This document shows positions 48,378-58,654 of a stretch of DNA of 64,000 nucleotides, one piece after another. A model generated the notes under the pieces. The model was not told the DNA's origin. It searched no databases and saw only the letters and a program-made list of their open reading frames with translations. Source of the DNA: an uncultured delta proteobacterium (GTDB lineage: Bacteria; Myxococcota_A; Polyangia; Polyangiales; Polyangiaceae); contig CAVOKF010000005.1 in assembly GCA_963696385.1 (NCBI GenBank), forward strand, positions 256,001 through 320,000, in the 5' to 3' direction. Every line of letters begins with the position of its first letter. Within the stretch, counting starts at the first letter, position 1. The position numbers and the translations under genes were made by a program.

Positions 48378-49637
48378 TCACGCGTCACGAGCCAATCGTA
48401 TGCCGCTCACCTGCCACCTCGTGGCCGGGGGAAAAAAATTGCGGTACGTGGCGCGGATGTGGTCGCGCGGCGATAAACACGAGCCACCGCGCAGGACCAC
48501 TTGGCCGCTCATGAATTTTCCGTTGTATTCTCCGAGCGGGCCGGCGAGCGACCGAAATCGCGGATAAGGAAGGTACGCGCTGCCGGTCCACTCCCACGCA
48601 TCGCCGAAGAATTGAGACCGATCGCGCGCCGCAACGACCGGTTCGAGCCATCCGCTTTCGATGAAGTTGCCCGCGCCAATTTCGGCCGCGCGCTCTTCCG
48701 CAGCGACCTCCCATTCGTACTCGGTCGGAAGGCGTGCATTGGCCCACCGAGCGTACGCGTCTGCCTCGAACAGGCTCACGTGTGAGACGGGCGCGCTGGG
48801 CTCGAGGTCCTGAAGTCCCCGTAACGTGAAGCGCATCCACGCACCTCTGTAGCCCTCCCAGTAAAGCGGTGCGATCCAGCCGCAGGTTCGAACGGCGGCC
48901 CAGCCGTCGGCTAACCATAACTCCGGCCGTCGATACGCGCCGTCCTCCATGAAATTCATGTACTCCGCGTTGGTGACCAATCGATCCGCGATCGCGAACG
49001 AGGTCACGATGAGTCGGTGACGAGGCCGTTCGTTGTCGAACGCGAAACCGTCGCTCGAATCGCCTGCGCTGGCGACGCGTTCTGCAACGCTCAGCCATTC
49101 CAGCTGCGCTGAAGCCGGCAGAGGCGTCTCGCTGGGCGCCGTCGCCGCCGAATAGGTCGGATGCAACTCGTTGCGCGAGAACGCGTGCTTGATGTCTGTC
49201 AAGATGAGTTCTTGATGTTGTTGCTCGTGATGAGTGCCGAGCAGCGTCGCGGCGATGGCTTCGGGGTTCGCTCGTGCGAGCAACGCCTCGATCTGCTCGT
49301 CCACACGAATCCGCCAGGTCCGGATCTGCTCAATAGTCGGGCGTGACAGCAGCCCGCGCTCGGGCCGCGGGTGACGTGGCCCGACCGCCTCGTAATACGA
49401 ATTGAACAGTGTCCGCCATCGCTCATTGTGCCAGCGGTGCGCTGAAGCGAAGCGCGCCAGCACGAACTCCTCGAAAAACCAAGTGGTGTGGGCGAGGTGC
49501 CACTTCGTGGGGCTGGCGTCGGGCATCGACTGCACCGACATGTCCTCGGCGGAAAGTGGCTCGACGAGGGCTTCGGTGCGGTGGCGAACCCGCCGGTATC
49601 GCGACAGCACCGCTTCTCGGCTGATTGGTTCGGGCAA
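48378..49637 (-). CDS. egtB: Ergothioneine biosynthesis sulfoxide synthase EgtB
   Basis: QSMPDASPTKWHLAHTTWFFE, HEQQHQEL, FDNERP, EYNGKFM and RATYRNFF. Confidence 0.93.
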   Translation of the reverse strand: MPEPISREAVLSRYRRVRHRTEALVEPLSAEDMSVQSMPDASPTKWHLAHTTWFFEEFVLARFASAHRWHNERWRTLFNSYYEAVGPRHPRPERGLLSRPTIEQIRTWRIRVDEQIEALLARANPEAIAATLLGTHHEQQHQELILTDIKHAFSRNELHPTYSAATAPSETPLPASAQLEWLSVAERVASAGDSSDGFAFDNERPRHRLIVTSFAIADRLVTNAEYMNFMEDGAYRRPELWLADGWAAVRTCGWIAPLYWEGYRGAWMRFTLRGLQDLEPSAPVSHVSLFEADAYARWANARLPTEYEWEVAAEERAAEIGAGNFIESGWLEPVVAARDRSQFFGDAWEWTGSAYLPYPRFRSLAGPLGEYNGKFMSGQVVLRGGSCLSPRDHIRATYRNFFPPATRWQVSGIRLARDA

Positions 49638-49735
49638 GACGTCCTTTCGCCGAATTGGCTGCGGCCGGTTCGGGCCAGGAGGGAAAAGTGCGACGGCTGG
49701 ATGCGGTTCGGGCCCGCGAAGGCTAGCGTGGGTCC

Positions 49736-51235
49736 GTGGGCTCCAGCGTGTCTTCGATCGTCGTCGTGGGAACCGGGTTCGGCGGTCTGTGCATGGCCAT
49801 CCGGCTCAAGCAAGCGGGCATCCGAGATTTTACTCTGCTTGAGCAGGCCGACGAGGTGGGGGGCACGTGGCGTGACAACCGATATCCGGGCGCCGCGTGC
49901 GACGTGGAGTCGCACTTTTATTCGTTTTCCTTCGAACCGAACCCGTCGTGGACGCGGCAGTTTGCGCCGGCCGAAGAGATTCTCCAATACCTGATCCGTT
50001 GCACGGAAAAATACGGCTTGAGACCGCATATCCGTTTTCGGACGCGCGTTGTCGGCGCCCAGTTCGACGAGCGGAGCGGCCTCTGGAGCGTTGAAACGAG
50101 CGGCGGTGAAATGATTCAAGCCAGGGTCCTGGTGTCCGCTTGTGGCGGACTGAGTCGTCCGGCGCTGCCGGACATCCCCGGCCTCGAGGCGTTTTCAGGC
50201 ACGACGTTCCATTCCGCGCGCTGGAGTCACTCCGCGAGCCTCGAAGGCAAGCGCGTTGCGGTCGTCGGAACGGGCGCGAGCGCCATCCAGATCGTGCCGT
50301 CCATCGCGCCGCTCGTTTCGCGGCTCACGCTCTATCAGCGCACGCCCCCGTGGGTCCTTCCCAAGCGTGACCGCGAAATCCAGCCGCTGCATCGCGCGTT
50401 GTTCCGGCGCCTGCCATTTTTTCAGCGGTTTGCGCGCTTGGCCATCTACTGCCGCCACGAGGTGAGTGCCATTGCGTTCGTCGTCGCCCCCTGGCTGATG
50501 AAGCGGTACGGGGAACCGGTCGCCCGGCGCTATCTCGCCCGGCAGATGCGCGCGAGCGCGCTACGGGAAAAGGTCAGCCCGTCGTACGCCATGGGCTGCA
50601 AGCGGATCCTCCTTGCCAACGACTATTTCCCCGCTCTCCAGAGAGAAAACGTGGAGGTGATCGGCGATCCTATCCGCCGCATTGAGCACGACGGGATCGT
50701 CACGCGAGACGGAACGCACCGGCTCACCGACATTATCGTGCTGGCGACCGGGTTTGCAGCCGCGGAGCCCGCAGCGCCTTTCGACCTGACCGGATGCGAC
50801 GGTCGCCGTCTCGTGGACGTCTGGCGCGACGGTGCCGAAGCCTACCTCGGTACGAGCATCGCCGGCTTTCCGAACTTCTTCATGGTCGTCGGTCCCAATA
50901 CGGGGCTCGGACACTCATCGATGATCTTCATGATCGAGTGTCAGGTCAGGTATCTGCTCAACGTGATCCGGACCATGCGATTGCGCGATCTGAAGCTCGT
51001 CGACGTTCAACACGACGTGCAAGCCCGCTACAACGCTCGATTGCAGGCACGTCTCGAGAACACCGTTTGGGCGGCGGGCTGCAACAGCTGGTACCGGACG
51101 AGCTCGGGCAAGAACACGACGCTTTGGCCGGGCTTCACGTTTGAGTACCGATGGAAGACGGGCCGGTTCGACGCCGCAAACTACCGCGTCATTCCGAACG
51201 AACCATCCCGGCGCGCCCCGCCTGGCTCGCCATGA
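49736..51235 (+). CDS. Flavin-containing (Baeyer-Villiger type) monooxygenase
   Basis: GTGFGG, GGTWRDNRYPGAACD, BVMO fingerprint FSGTTFHSARW, GTGASAIQ and ATGF. Confidence 0.93.
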   Translation: MGSSVSSIVVVGTGFGGLCMAIRLKQAGIRDFTLLEQADEVGGTWRDNRYPGAACDVESHFYSFSFEPNPSWTRQFAPAEEILQYLIRCTEKYGLRPHIRFRTRVVGAQFDERSGLWSVETSGGEMIQARVLVSACGGLSRPALPDIPGLEAFSGTTFHSARWSHSASLEGKRVAVVGTGASAIQIVPSIAPLVSRLTLYQRTPPWVLPKRDREIQPLHRALFRRLPFFQRFARLAIYCRHEVSAIAFVVAPWLMKRYGEPVARRYLARQMRASALREKVSPSYAMGCKRILLANDYFPALQRENVEVIGDPIRRIEHDGIVTRDGTHRLTDIIVLATGFAAAEPAAPFDLTGCDGRRLVDVWRDGAEAYLGTSIAGFPNFFMVVGPNTGLGHSSMIFMIECQVRYLLNVIRTMRLRDLKLVDVQHDVQARYNARLQARLENTVWAAGCNSWYRTSSGKNTTLWPGFTFEYRWKTGRFDAANYRVIPNEPSRRAPPGSP

Positions 51236-51379
51236 CGTTTCGTCCAGCCCGAGGAAGTACAAAAACTCATTGAATTCATAACGATGGATGGCGTTGTCAT
51301 CGCCGAGAGCTGGACCGCAACCACCCCTCGGGTCAAGACCTGAGCGTTCGGGGGGCGACTTGTCGGTATGGTGGCGCGG

Positions 51380-53185
51380 ATGCGCGGGTGGAAGACGGCG
51401 CTGCGAATTGGATTATCGTGGCTTTGGCCCGCTGTTGCCATGGCCGAGCCACCTCCCCCCGCCCAGCGTGCCCAGGTATATTCCGCGTACGAGCAGCAGA
51501 CGATCGACGAAGTGCTGCATGCGCTCCGTGCGCAGCGCGACCCGAACCCCGAGGGGAAAACCGTCGAGGACGTCGTCGTCGTGCCCCTCGAAGTCTTCGA
51601 GCCGCGAGACCCCGTTCCTCAGTGGCTCAACGTTTTCCACGTCACGACACGCAAGGCGGTGATTCGACGCGAGCTATTGCTGCATGTTGGAGACAAGTAC
51701 GCTCAAGTGCTCGTCGACGACACGCTTCGGAACATTCGCCGGCTGCCCGAGCTCTCGCTCGTCTTGGTCCTCACCGCGACCGGAACCACCCCCGATCGCA
51801 TCCGGGTCGTGGTTGTCACCAAGGACGTTTGGAGCTTGCGTTTGAGCTGGAATGTCGTCGAAACACCGGGAGGAATCGAGCAGCTCGCCCTCGCGCCGAC
51901 CGAGACAAACCTGCTCGGAAGCCATCAGACGGTTCGGGCGGAGTTTATTCTGGAGCCGTCGGCGTACACTTTTGGCCTCGGCTACACGATCCCCCGGATC
52001 GACGACGGATCCCATGTGGCTCTCGTGGCGTCTGCGGACGTCATGGTTAACCGCGGGACGGGGGCGCCCGAAGGCACGTTTGGCTCGCTCGTGACTGGCG
52101 AGCCGCTTTACTCGGGACGGACTCTGTGGGCATGGGATTCGACGGTGGCGTGGCAGGACGTGGTCGTACGCCGGTACGTCAACGCGCAACTCGACAATTA
52201 TGTGGACCCTGCAACGGGACTCGCCGTTCCCTTTGAGTATCGACAGCGCGAGTACTTGACCACGCTCGACTTGACTCGATCATTTGGCTGGGACTCCAAG
52301 CACGACGTGACGTTTTCGGCGGTGATCAACCGCAACGTCTACTTGACGAACTTTCCCGGCGCGAACCCTCAAACCGTCGCGGACTTCGTACAGCAGAAGG
52401 TCCCTGTGAGCGACACACGTGTCGGACCAGCCATCCAATACCACAAGTATACCAAGCGGTATCTCCGTGCCATCGATTTTGAAACGCTTGCACTTCAAGA
52501 GGACTTCGCGCTCGGACTCGACGTCGTCCTGCGGGCGTTCCCGAGTTTTCGCGCTTTGGGATCATCGCGCGACGTCTTGGCCCTCTACGCCGCCGCGCAA
52601 TACACCGTGCCGCTGCGCGACGGCCTCGCGCGGATCTACGTGGCATCCGACACGGAGCCGGAGGTGAGCCGTATTTCAGACGCGTTCGTCAACCCGGGAG
52701 CCCGCCTCGTCAGTCCGACGGTGGCGGGGATCGGTCGCATCGTCGTCGATGGGACGCTCATGTACCGCTGGAGAAACTACCTGAACCAGCAGGTCACGCT
52801 CGGAGGCGGCGACCGGCTTCGCGGGTATCCGACGAGCTTCTTCATCGGCCAAGACTGGCTGGCGTACAACGTCGAGGCGCGATCTCGACCGATTGAAGTT
52901 CTTACTTGCCAGTTGGGTGGTGTTCTTTTCTACGACGTGGCGAATGCATTCCCGAGCTTCGGCAACTTCCAGGTATACCAGTCGGTTGGCTTCGGCTTTC
53001 GCGCGCTGTTTCCGCAGCTGGACCGGATCGTCTTTCGCGGAGACTTGGGTTTTCCCATCGAGCGTCCGGTCGACCCTTCGACGGGCGCGCCCATTGCGCC
53101 TTACTCGTTTCTCCTCTCGTTCGGCCAAGCGTTCGACGTCCCGACTGTCGATCCGACTCCGGTACTCCCGACGGGAGGGCCCTAG
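51380..53185 (+). CDS. POTRA/BamA-TamA (Omp85)-like outer membrane protein
   Basis: Signal peptide, POTRA-like TRKAVIRRELL, TETNLLG, LGGGDRLRGY and amphipathic beta strands. Confidence 0.8.
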   Translation: MRGWKTALRIGLSWLWPAVAMAEPPPPAQRAQVYSAYEQQTIDEVLHALRAQRDPNPEGKTVEDVVVVPLEVFEPRDPVPQWLNVFHVTTRKAVIRRELLLHVGDKYAQVLVDDTLRNIRRLPELSLVLVLTATGTTPDRIRVVVVTKDVWSLRLSWNVVETPGGIEQLALAPTETNLLGSHQTVRAEFILEPSAYTFGLGYTIPRIDDGSHVALVASADVMVNRGTGAPEGTFGSLVTGEPLYSGRTLWAWDSTVAWQDVVVRRYVNAQLDNYVDPATGLAVPFEYRQREYLTTLDLTRSFGWDSKHDVTFSAVINRNVYLTNFPGANPQTVADFVQQKVPVSDTRVGPAIQYHKYTKRYLRAIDFETLALQEDFALGLDVVLRAFPSFRALGSSRDVLALYAAAQYTVPLRDGLARIYVASDTEPEVSRISDAFVNPGARLVSPTVAGIGRIVVDGTLMYRWRNYLNQQVTLGGGDRLRGYPTSFFIGQDWLAYNVEARSRPIEVLTCQLGGVLFYDVANAFPSFGNFQVYQSVGFGFRALFPQLDRIVFRGDLGFPIERPVDPSTGAPIAPYSFLLSFGQAFDVPTVDPTPVLPTGGP

Positions 53186-53432
53186 TGGTCCGTTTCGTAG
53201 GTCCCGCGGATCCATCCCCCGCGCTGCTGCGCAGCGCAAAGGACCCTAGCCGTGTTTTTCCCGGTCTCCGCCCGTACGCCTAAAGCCCCTCCCACGGCTT
53301 TGCTAGACTTGTCGCCTATCCAGCGATAACCATTCCACTTATTGTCCGCGCGACTTGCGGAATGGACCACTAGTTGACTCGGCGGCACGCGCCAGGGATG
53401 CATGTCGAATGACGAGCCGTCTTCACCCCGCT

Positions 53433-53454
53433 AAAGCGACCATGGGGTCGCTTT
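53433..53454 (+). promoter_or_regulatory. Perfect 9-bp inverted repeat directly upstream of the MFS start (operator or hairpin)
   Basis: AAAGCGACC-ATGG-GGTCGCTTT, 3 nt before ATG 53458. Confidence 0.5.
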
Positions 53455-53457
53455 GAC

Positions 53458-54639
53458 ATGCGCGGCACGTTGCCACTTCGCGTCTACTACGTGGCATCGT
53501 TTGCCGTCGGCGGGGTCTTTGTTCCTTTTTTCCCGCGATGGCTCGAGGCCCGCGGCATGCTTGGGCTGCGGCTCGGGGTCATCTCCGCCGCAGCGCCGGC
53601 CATGGCCCTCTTCGCACCGGCTGCGTTCGGTGTCGTCGCGGACGCGCTCGCAATCCGCGTGGGACTGCTGCAACTCGCCTGCTTGGGCGCGCTGCTTTCT
53701 TTTGCGACTCTCGCGATCACCGTGGGGTCGGGCGTTCCTCCCAGCTTCGGCGGACTGTGGTTCGCGGCAACGGCGATCGCTCTGTTCCGCGCACCGATGT
53801 CGCTTATGGCCGATGTCGTCGCGCTCGAGCGCGCGTCGCAGGTCGGCACGACGTATGGCCGTCTCCGGCTCTGGGGGTCCCTCGGGTTTCTCTGCGCTGC
53901 GCTCGCCGCCGGCTGCTGGGTTGATCCGCGCGATGCGCTTGCCCTTCCCGTTGTCTGCACCGGAGCGCTTGCGGCTGGGTTTGTCGCGTCGCTTTCGCTC
54001 CCTCGTCGGGCGGAGTTGCCCGACCGAGCCGATCGCCACAGCATCGCGAGACTGCTCGCCCAAAGCGACTTCCGGTTGTTCCTGATGGCCGCGTTCCTCG
54101 GGCAATGTGGCAATGTCGCGTACGACATGTGCTTCTCCCTTCGCCTGTTCGATCTAGGGGTTCCGCGTCCGGTCGTCGGTCTGGCCTGGGCGCTGGGCAC
54201 GGGCGCCGAGGTCTTGCTGATGGCGTGGTCCGCGTCGGTATTCCGATCATTTCCCGCGCCGGCATTACTTGCCTGTGCGTTGGCCGGGGCCTCGGTCCGC
54301 TGGGTGCTGATCGCGACCGTGCGCTCGTCGTCGTGGCTGTTGCTTCTTCAGCCGCTTCACGCTGTGTCTTTCGGATTGGTGTGGTCGGCCGAAGTGACGT
54401 ATACGTCGCGCAGGTTCCCGTCGCACTCCCTCGCGACCGCGCAGGGCCTGTTCGCGAGTACCGTCGGGGCCGGATTGGTCGTGGGAATGCTGACTTGGGG
54501 GCTGGTCTACCAGCACGCCGGTGGCTCCTTCGTGTTTGCGGGAGCGGCATGCTTTGCGGTAAGTGCGTCGGCGTTCGCGGTCGCGCTCGACCGCAAGGCC
54601 CGAGTGCCTGTAGAAAGCAGCACGGCGGTCGGGCAGTGA
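53458..54639 (+). CDS. MFS transporter (MFS_1-like, HcaT/YwbF type)
   Basis: About 12 TM, with YGRLRLWGSLGF, AEV and QPLHAVSFG. Confidence 0.9.
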   Translation: MRGTLPLRVYYVASFAVGGVFVPFFPRWLEARGMLGLRLGVISAAAPAMALFAPAAFGVVADALAIRVGLLQLACLGALLSFATLAITVGSGVPPSFGGLWFAATAIALFRAPMSLMADVVALERASQVGTTYGRLRLWGSLGFLCAALAAGCWVDPRDALALPVVCTGALAAGFVASLSLPRRAELPDRADRHSIARLLAQSDFRLFLMAAFLGQCGNVAYDMCFSLRLFDLGVPRPVVGLAWALGTGAEVLLMAWSASVFRSFPAPALLACALAGASVRWVLIATVRSSSWLLLLQPLHAVSFGLVWSAEVTYTSRRFPSHSLATAQGLFASTVGAGLVVGMLTWGLVYQHAGGSFVFAGAACFAVSASAFAVALDRKARVPVESSTAVGQ

Positions 54640-54726
54640 TGTCTTCCGTTGCCGAAGGAATTCCGACGTTTCAGCTTTCGACGTTCACACTTGAGGAATG
54701 CGCGCGGATGCGCGGGGAGTTTGCCC

Positions 54727-55476
54727 ATGAGTCGTAGGAGATTGTTCTTCTTGCCCGCCTTGGTGACTACGCTCGCGTGCCTGGGATCGGCCGCGTGCTC
54801 ACACAACGAGCCGGGCGCTGCGACGGCCGGAGCGGGCGGTCCGTCTCCCGGACCCTCGAGCGTGTCCGAGAAGGAATGCACCGGCGATTACGTCATTGAT
54901 GACATCGCGGATGCGAATAACCAGATCCTGGTCCAAGCCGGAAGGAAAGGCTACTGGTACACCTTCGTCGACAAGGTTGGGACGACGATCACTCCTCCCG
55001 CGGGGCACAAGTTCATCCAGTCGCCGGGCGGGGCCAATGGTTTGGCGTTTGCGGCGCACATGATGGGCAAGGTCTCGTCGTCGGGCGATCCGCAATATGC
55101 GGGCATGGGCTTCAGTTTTACGAACCCGAAAGGTCCGTACGATGCGACCAAGTACACGGGCGTGGCCTTCTATGCGAAGGTGGGTCCTGGGTCGCAGAAG
55201 GCCGTTCGCCTCAAGGTTCCGGACGTGAACACGGATCCGGATGGCAAGGTGTGCACCGAGTGTTTCAATGACTTCGGCGCGGACCTCGATCTAACCGAGC
55301 AATGGAAGAGGTACGTGATTCCGTTCGCGCAGATGAGCCAGATGGAGGGATGGGGTGCGCCTCAAAAGGACCACATCGACAAGTCGAAGCTTTTCGGCAT
55401 GCAATGGCAGGTCAACAAGCCGGGCGCGTCGTATGACATCTGGGTCTCGAACGTGCAGTTCACAGGGTGTCCGTAA
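54727..55476 (+). CDS. Lipoprotein with a CBM11/CIA30-like carbohydrate-binding domain
   Basis: Lipobox-like AAC, GYWYTF, YDATKYTGVAFYAK, WKRYVIPF and YDIWV. Confidence 0.75.
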   Translation: MSRRRLFFLPALVTTLACLGSAACSHNEPGAATAGAGGPSPGPSSVSEKECTGDYVIDDIADANNQILVQAGRKGYWYTFVDKVGTTITPPAGHKFIQSPGGANGLAFAAHMMGKVSSSGDPQYAGMGFSFTNPKGPYDATKYTGVAFYAKVGPGSQKAVRLKVPDVNTDPDGKVCTECFNDFGADLDLTEQWKRYVIPFAQMSQMEGWGAPQKDHIDKSKLFGMQWQVNKPGASYDIWVSNVQFTGCP

Positions 55477-55485
55477 GCACGGATC

Positions 55486-55521
55486 CGGCCGTCGGGGTGG
55501 GCCCTGCCACCCCGACGGCCG
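55486..55521. terminator. Perfect 15-bp GC-rich hairpin between convergent genes
   Basis: CGGCCGTCGGGGTGG-GCCCTG-CCACCCCGACGGCCG. No U-tract on either strand. Confidence 0.55.
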
Positions 55522-55568
55522 CCCGCCATTGCCGGCTGGTTCGTGGTGGCCGTCCGTTCCGCACTCGA

Positions 55569-56066
55569 TCAGTCCTCGCAGACGATCATCGCGCCATACA
55601 ATTCGTCGTCGGTTGGAGGCTCGAACCATGTGTCCATGAAGTCGAACATCGCTTCGGTCACTTCGAATGAATATGTCGTTGGTCGCTCACGGTTTCGCTG
55701 GCTGACTCGCGCCCACCGCCTCTCGCGACTCACGTCCAGATAGTGCAGCTTGCTGTCGGCCTTGGTTTGGGCGGTGCGAAACCGAATGCGGTCCCGGTGG
55801 TCGCTTCGAGACAGTCCGAGATCGAAGATGACGTCGACACTCCGTTCGATCAGTTGATCCGCTATCGCCCACATTTGCTGCTCGCAGCGATCGATGCGCT
55901 CGATCGCCCAGGCCAAAGTCGGTGGATCGGGTCGGTCGGCGATGAAAAGTTGCGACATCCATTCGTCGATCGACAAGCGTATGCCCTTCGTTCGGCGAGC
56001 GAGCGCCATGGCATAGGTGGTCTTTCCGGCGCCGGTCGAGCCGCAGATGAGATGCACGGTCGGCAT
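55569..56066 (-). CDS. Small P-loop kinase / AAA_33-type ATP-binding protein
   Basis: CGSTGAGKTT, SIDEWM and FEPP..DE. Confidence 0.88.
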   Translation of the reverse strand: MPTVHLICGSTGAGKTTYAMALARRTKGIRLSIDEWMSQLFIADRPDPPTLAWAIERIDRCEQQMWAIADQLIERSVDVIFDLGLSRSDHRDRIRFRTAQTKADSKLHYLDVSRERRWARVSQRNRERPTTYSFEVTEAMFDFMDTWFEPPTDDELYGAMIVCED

Positions 56067-56141
56067 GGAGTCTTATTACAGGAGAACGGTTCGCGACGTT
56101 GGGTCCTGGGGTCGATGTCTCCGCGAGGTCGCGGCAGAGAG

Positions 56142-57170
56142 TCACCAGGGCCAAGTCAATCGCATCGAGACGCCGCTTGAGATGGGTCCGACCGCCACGG
56201 AAGCAGAGGCGGGCTTCGGGGCCGTGAAGAATAGAATGGCGCCCCCGGCAAGGGCGGCAACGCCTGCCGCCATCGTTGCGGCCGCCACGAGCGCCATCGA
56301 CGTGGCATCGCCACGCTCCTTCGTGCCCGCCGGGTCGCACTCGTTGTCGGGCAAGCACCCGCCTCCGGCGTTCGATGCGTCGTACGTGGACTTGGCTTTG
56401 AGCGCGAACCCAGTGCCGACGAGCACGCTTGCGAGTCCCGCGGCCGAAACGGCGAGTCCGATCGTTCGCTGCCCGTTGCCCCGAGGCCCGTCTGCAGAAC
56501 CGGGCTCTAATGCCGGCGGATCCGCTCGGGTCCCCTCGCCGAATCGAGAACTTGTTCGCGCCTCGCTGGCGGCGACTTCCGGCGGCAGGACCGGAACGGT
56601 GACGGTCGGCAGGTTGAGCCCTAACTTGGCCTGCACGGTGAGAGACCAGGGCCGATGTCCAGGCGCCGAAGCCGTGATCGTATGCGGACCGGGATCGAGT
56701 GGCACCGCGACACCCCACTCCGCGCTGCCGACGAGCATGCCGTCGCGATGAACTTGGAGGCCGCCGGTGGCGGCACGTGGAGCGGCGATCGTCAGTCGCG
56801 AGAGTTTTGCTTCCAGCGCCCGGGCTCTATCGCGCGCTACGCGTTCGCGACCATCATGACGTCGCGCGGCTGCGGCCGCCGCCTCCTTGAACGACGCCCA
56901 GGCGCTCGCCGTGTGCGCCGTGTTCTCGTAGCAATCGGCAAGCCAAAGCAACGTGCCGATGCCCGGGTCGAGCCGTTCGCTCTCGGCGAATTTCGGGCAC
57001 GCGTCGACGAAATCCCCCTTTTCGACCAACGACCGACCCTGTTCGAACAGCACTTGTGCCGCCGCTTTCTGCTGCGGAGGATTGCCGCCGTCTGCGCGGG
57101 CCGATGAAGCGAGGACACAGCCCACCAACAGGGCCCCACCGGATCCCGTGACCGTCCCGATCCGTCTCAT
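56142..57170 (-). CDS. Exported TPR + PEGA-like protein
   Basis: LFEQGR...ACPKFAES.RLDP.IGTLL.LADCYE, PEGA-like VPLDPGPHTITASAPG and C-terminal hydrophobic helices. Confidence 0.8.
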   Translation of the reverse strand: MRRIGTVTGSGGALLVGCVLASSARADGGNPPQQKAAAQVLFEQGRSLVEKGDFVDACPKFAESERLDPGIGTLLWLADCYENTAHTASAWASFKEAAAAAARRHDGRERVARDRARALEAKLSRLTIAAPRAATGGLQVHRDGMLVGSAEWGVAVPLDPGPHTITASAPGHRPWSLTVQAKLGLNLPTVTVPVLPPEVAASEARTSSRFGEGTRADPPALEPGSADGPRGNGQRTIGLAVSAAGLASVLVGTGFALKAKSTYDASNAGGGCLPDNECDPAGTKERGDATSMALVAAATMAAGVAALAGGAILFFTAPKPASASVAVGPISSGVSMRLTWPW

Positions 57171-58654
57171 TCACGCTCCCCGAACAGCGCCCGGCGGCTG
57201 TTCGGCGTCGACGGTTGTGTGGACTTGAACGGGCTAGCCAAGGTGGCGGCCGAACGCGCCCTGGGGACCTCACTTTTGCCTTGAATGCCGGTCGCGGGCG
57301 TTGAGGTTGTCGTTAGCGGAGTCGACTCGACATCCTGCGCGTCGACCCCTGCAGTGTGACTGGACGCGCGTTGAGCGACCTTGTCCTTTGCGGCCGCCCC
57401 CGTGGCGCTAGGCGCAGTGGTCGTAACGCTCGCGATGGTCGCTGCGGTCGAAATCGCCGTGGCGGACGCGCGGTGCACCGCCAGGGCAATCCCCAGTCCG
57501 GCGAACGCCAGTCCAACGGCCGACGCGTACGCCGCTCGCTGCCCAGTACCAAGGTGTTTTGGCATCGCTCGGAAGTCGGCCGTCACCCTAGGGGGCTCCG
57601 ACGACGCCCGGCGGCGGTCCGTCCGGAAAGACCCAGCCGGTGCCCGGATACTGTCGCCACCGCGCCGAACGACCTCGACGATCCGAGCGACCCGCCCGGA
57701 CGCCGATGCCGGCCCGAACGGCGCAAGCGCCTGCGCGAACTCGGCGACGTTGCGATAGCGCAAAGATGGATTTTTATCGAGGCACTTGAGGACGATCTGC
57801 TCGAGCGCCGACGGCGCGCTCGGACGCGATGCCGTCAATCGCGCCGGGGGTGCCGTGAGAATGCTCGTACAGACCTGCGGCAGGCTTTCGCCTTCGAATG
57901 GGATCGAGCCGGTGAGCAGCTCGTGAAGAACGATCCCCAATGACCAGATGTCGGTGCGCGCATCGACGTTCGACGTCGAGCGAAGCTGCTCGGGCGACAT
58001 GTAGACCGGCGTTCCGAACTGCTCGCTTGCGGCCGTCTCGGTCCTCCATGGATCGCCTTCGCCTCTCCGTCGCGCAATTTTGGATATCCCAAAATCGATG
58101 ATCTTCACGATTGGAGTGTTCGAGGCGCGTTGCGCGAGGAACATATTTTCGGGCTTGATGTCGCGGTGCACGATCCGAAGTGCATGCGCTTCGGCCAGCG
58201 CGTCGCAGGCCTGGAGCACGTAATCCACCGCGCAATCGATTGGCAATGGGCCGCTCTGAACGGTGCGTCCCAGATCCTCTCCGATGAGGTACTCCATCAC
58301 CATGTATGGGCCCGCATCGGGGAGAGTGCCGACGTCGTGGACGCGCACGACGTGTTCCGAAGTGATCTGGGCAGCCAACCGTGCCTCCCGCACGAATCGC
58401 TCCACAATGACGGGATTCGAAAGCGCTTTCGGTTTCAGGTACTTGATGGCAACCCGCTGCTGCAACGCCAAGTGAGTCGCCACTACGACCACGCCGATAC
58501 CGCCCTCGGCGACCGTCTCTTCAATGAGATACTTGCCGCCGATGACGGCGCCATTCGCAAATGCGGGCACCCCGCGCTCGTCGCCCCGCGCGGAACTCGA
58601 AGCGGCTGCCACGATCGTGGCAACGTCTTTCGCTCCGTGGAGCGACTGGCGCAC
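57167..58654 (-). CDS. Membrane Ser/Thr protein kinase
   Basis: EGGIGVV, VAIK, HRDIKPEN, DFG, GTPVYMSPE and a TM. GTG start at 58654 inferred. Confidence 0.93.
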   Translation of the reverse strand: MRQSLHGAKDVATIVAAASSSARGDERGVPAFANGAVIGGKYLIEETVAEGGIGVVVVATHLALQQRVAIKYLKPKALSNPVIVERFVREARLAAQITSEHVVRVHDVGTLPDAGPYMVMEYLIGEDLGRTVQSGPLPIDCAVDYVLQACDALAEAHALRIVHRDIKPENMFLAQRASNTPIVKIIDFGISKIARRRGEGDPWRTETAASEQFGTPVYMSPEQLRSTSNVDARTDIWSLGIVLHELLTGSIPFEGESLPQVCTSILTAPPARLTASRPSAPSALEQIVLKCLDKNPSLRYRNVAEFAQALAPFGPASASGRVARIVEVVRRGGDSIRAPAGSFRTDRRRASSEPPRVTADFRAMPKHLGTGQRAAYASAVGLAFAGLGIALAVHRASATAISTAATIASVTTTAPSATGAAAKDKVAQRASSHTAGVDAQDVESTPLTTTSTPATGIQGKSEVPRARSAATLASPFKSTQPSTPNSRRALFGERE

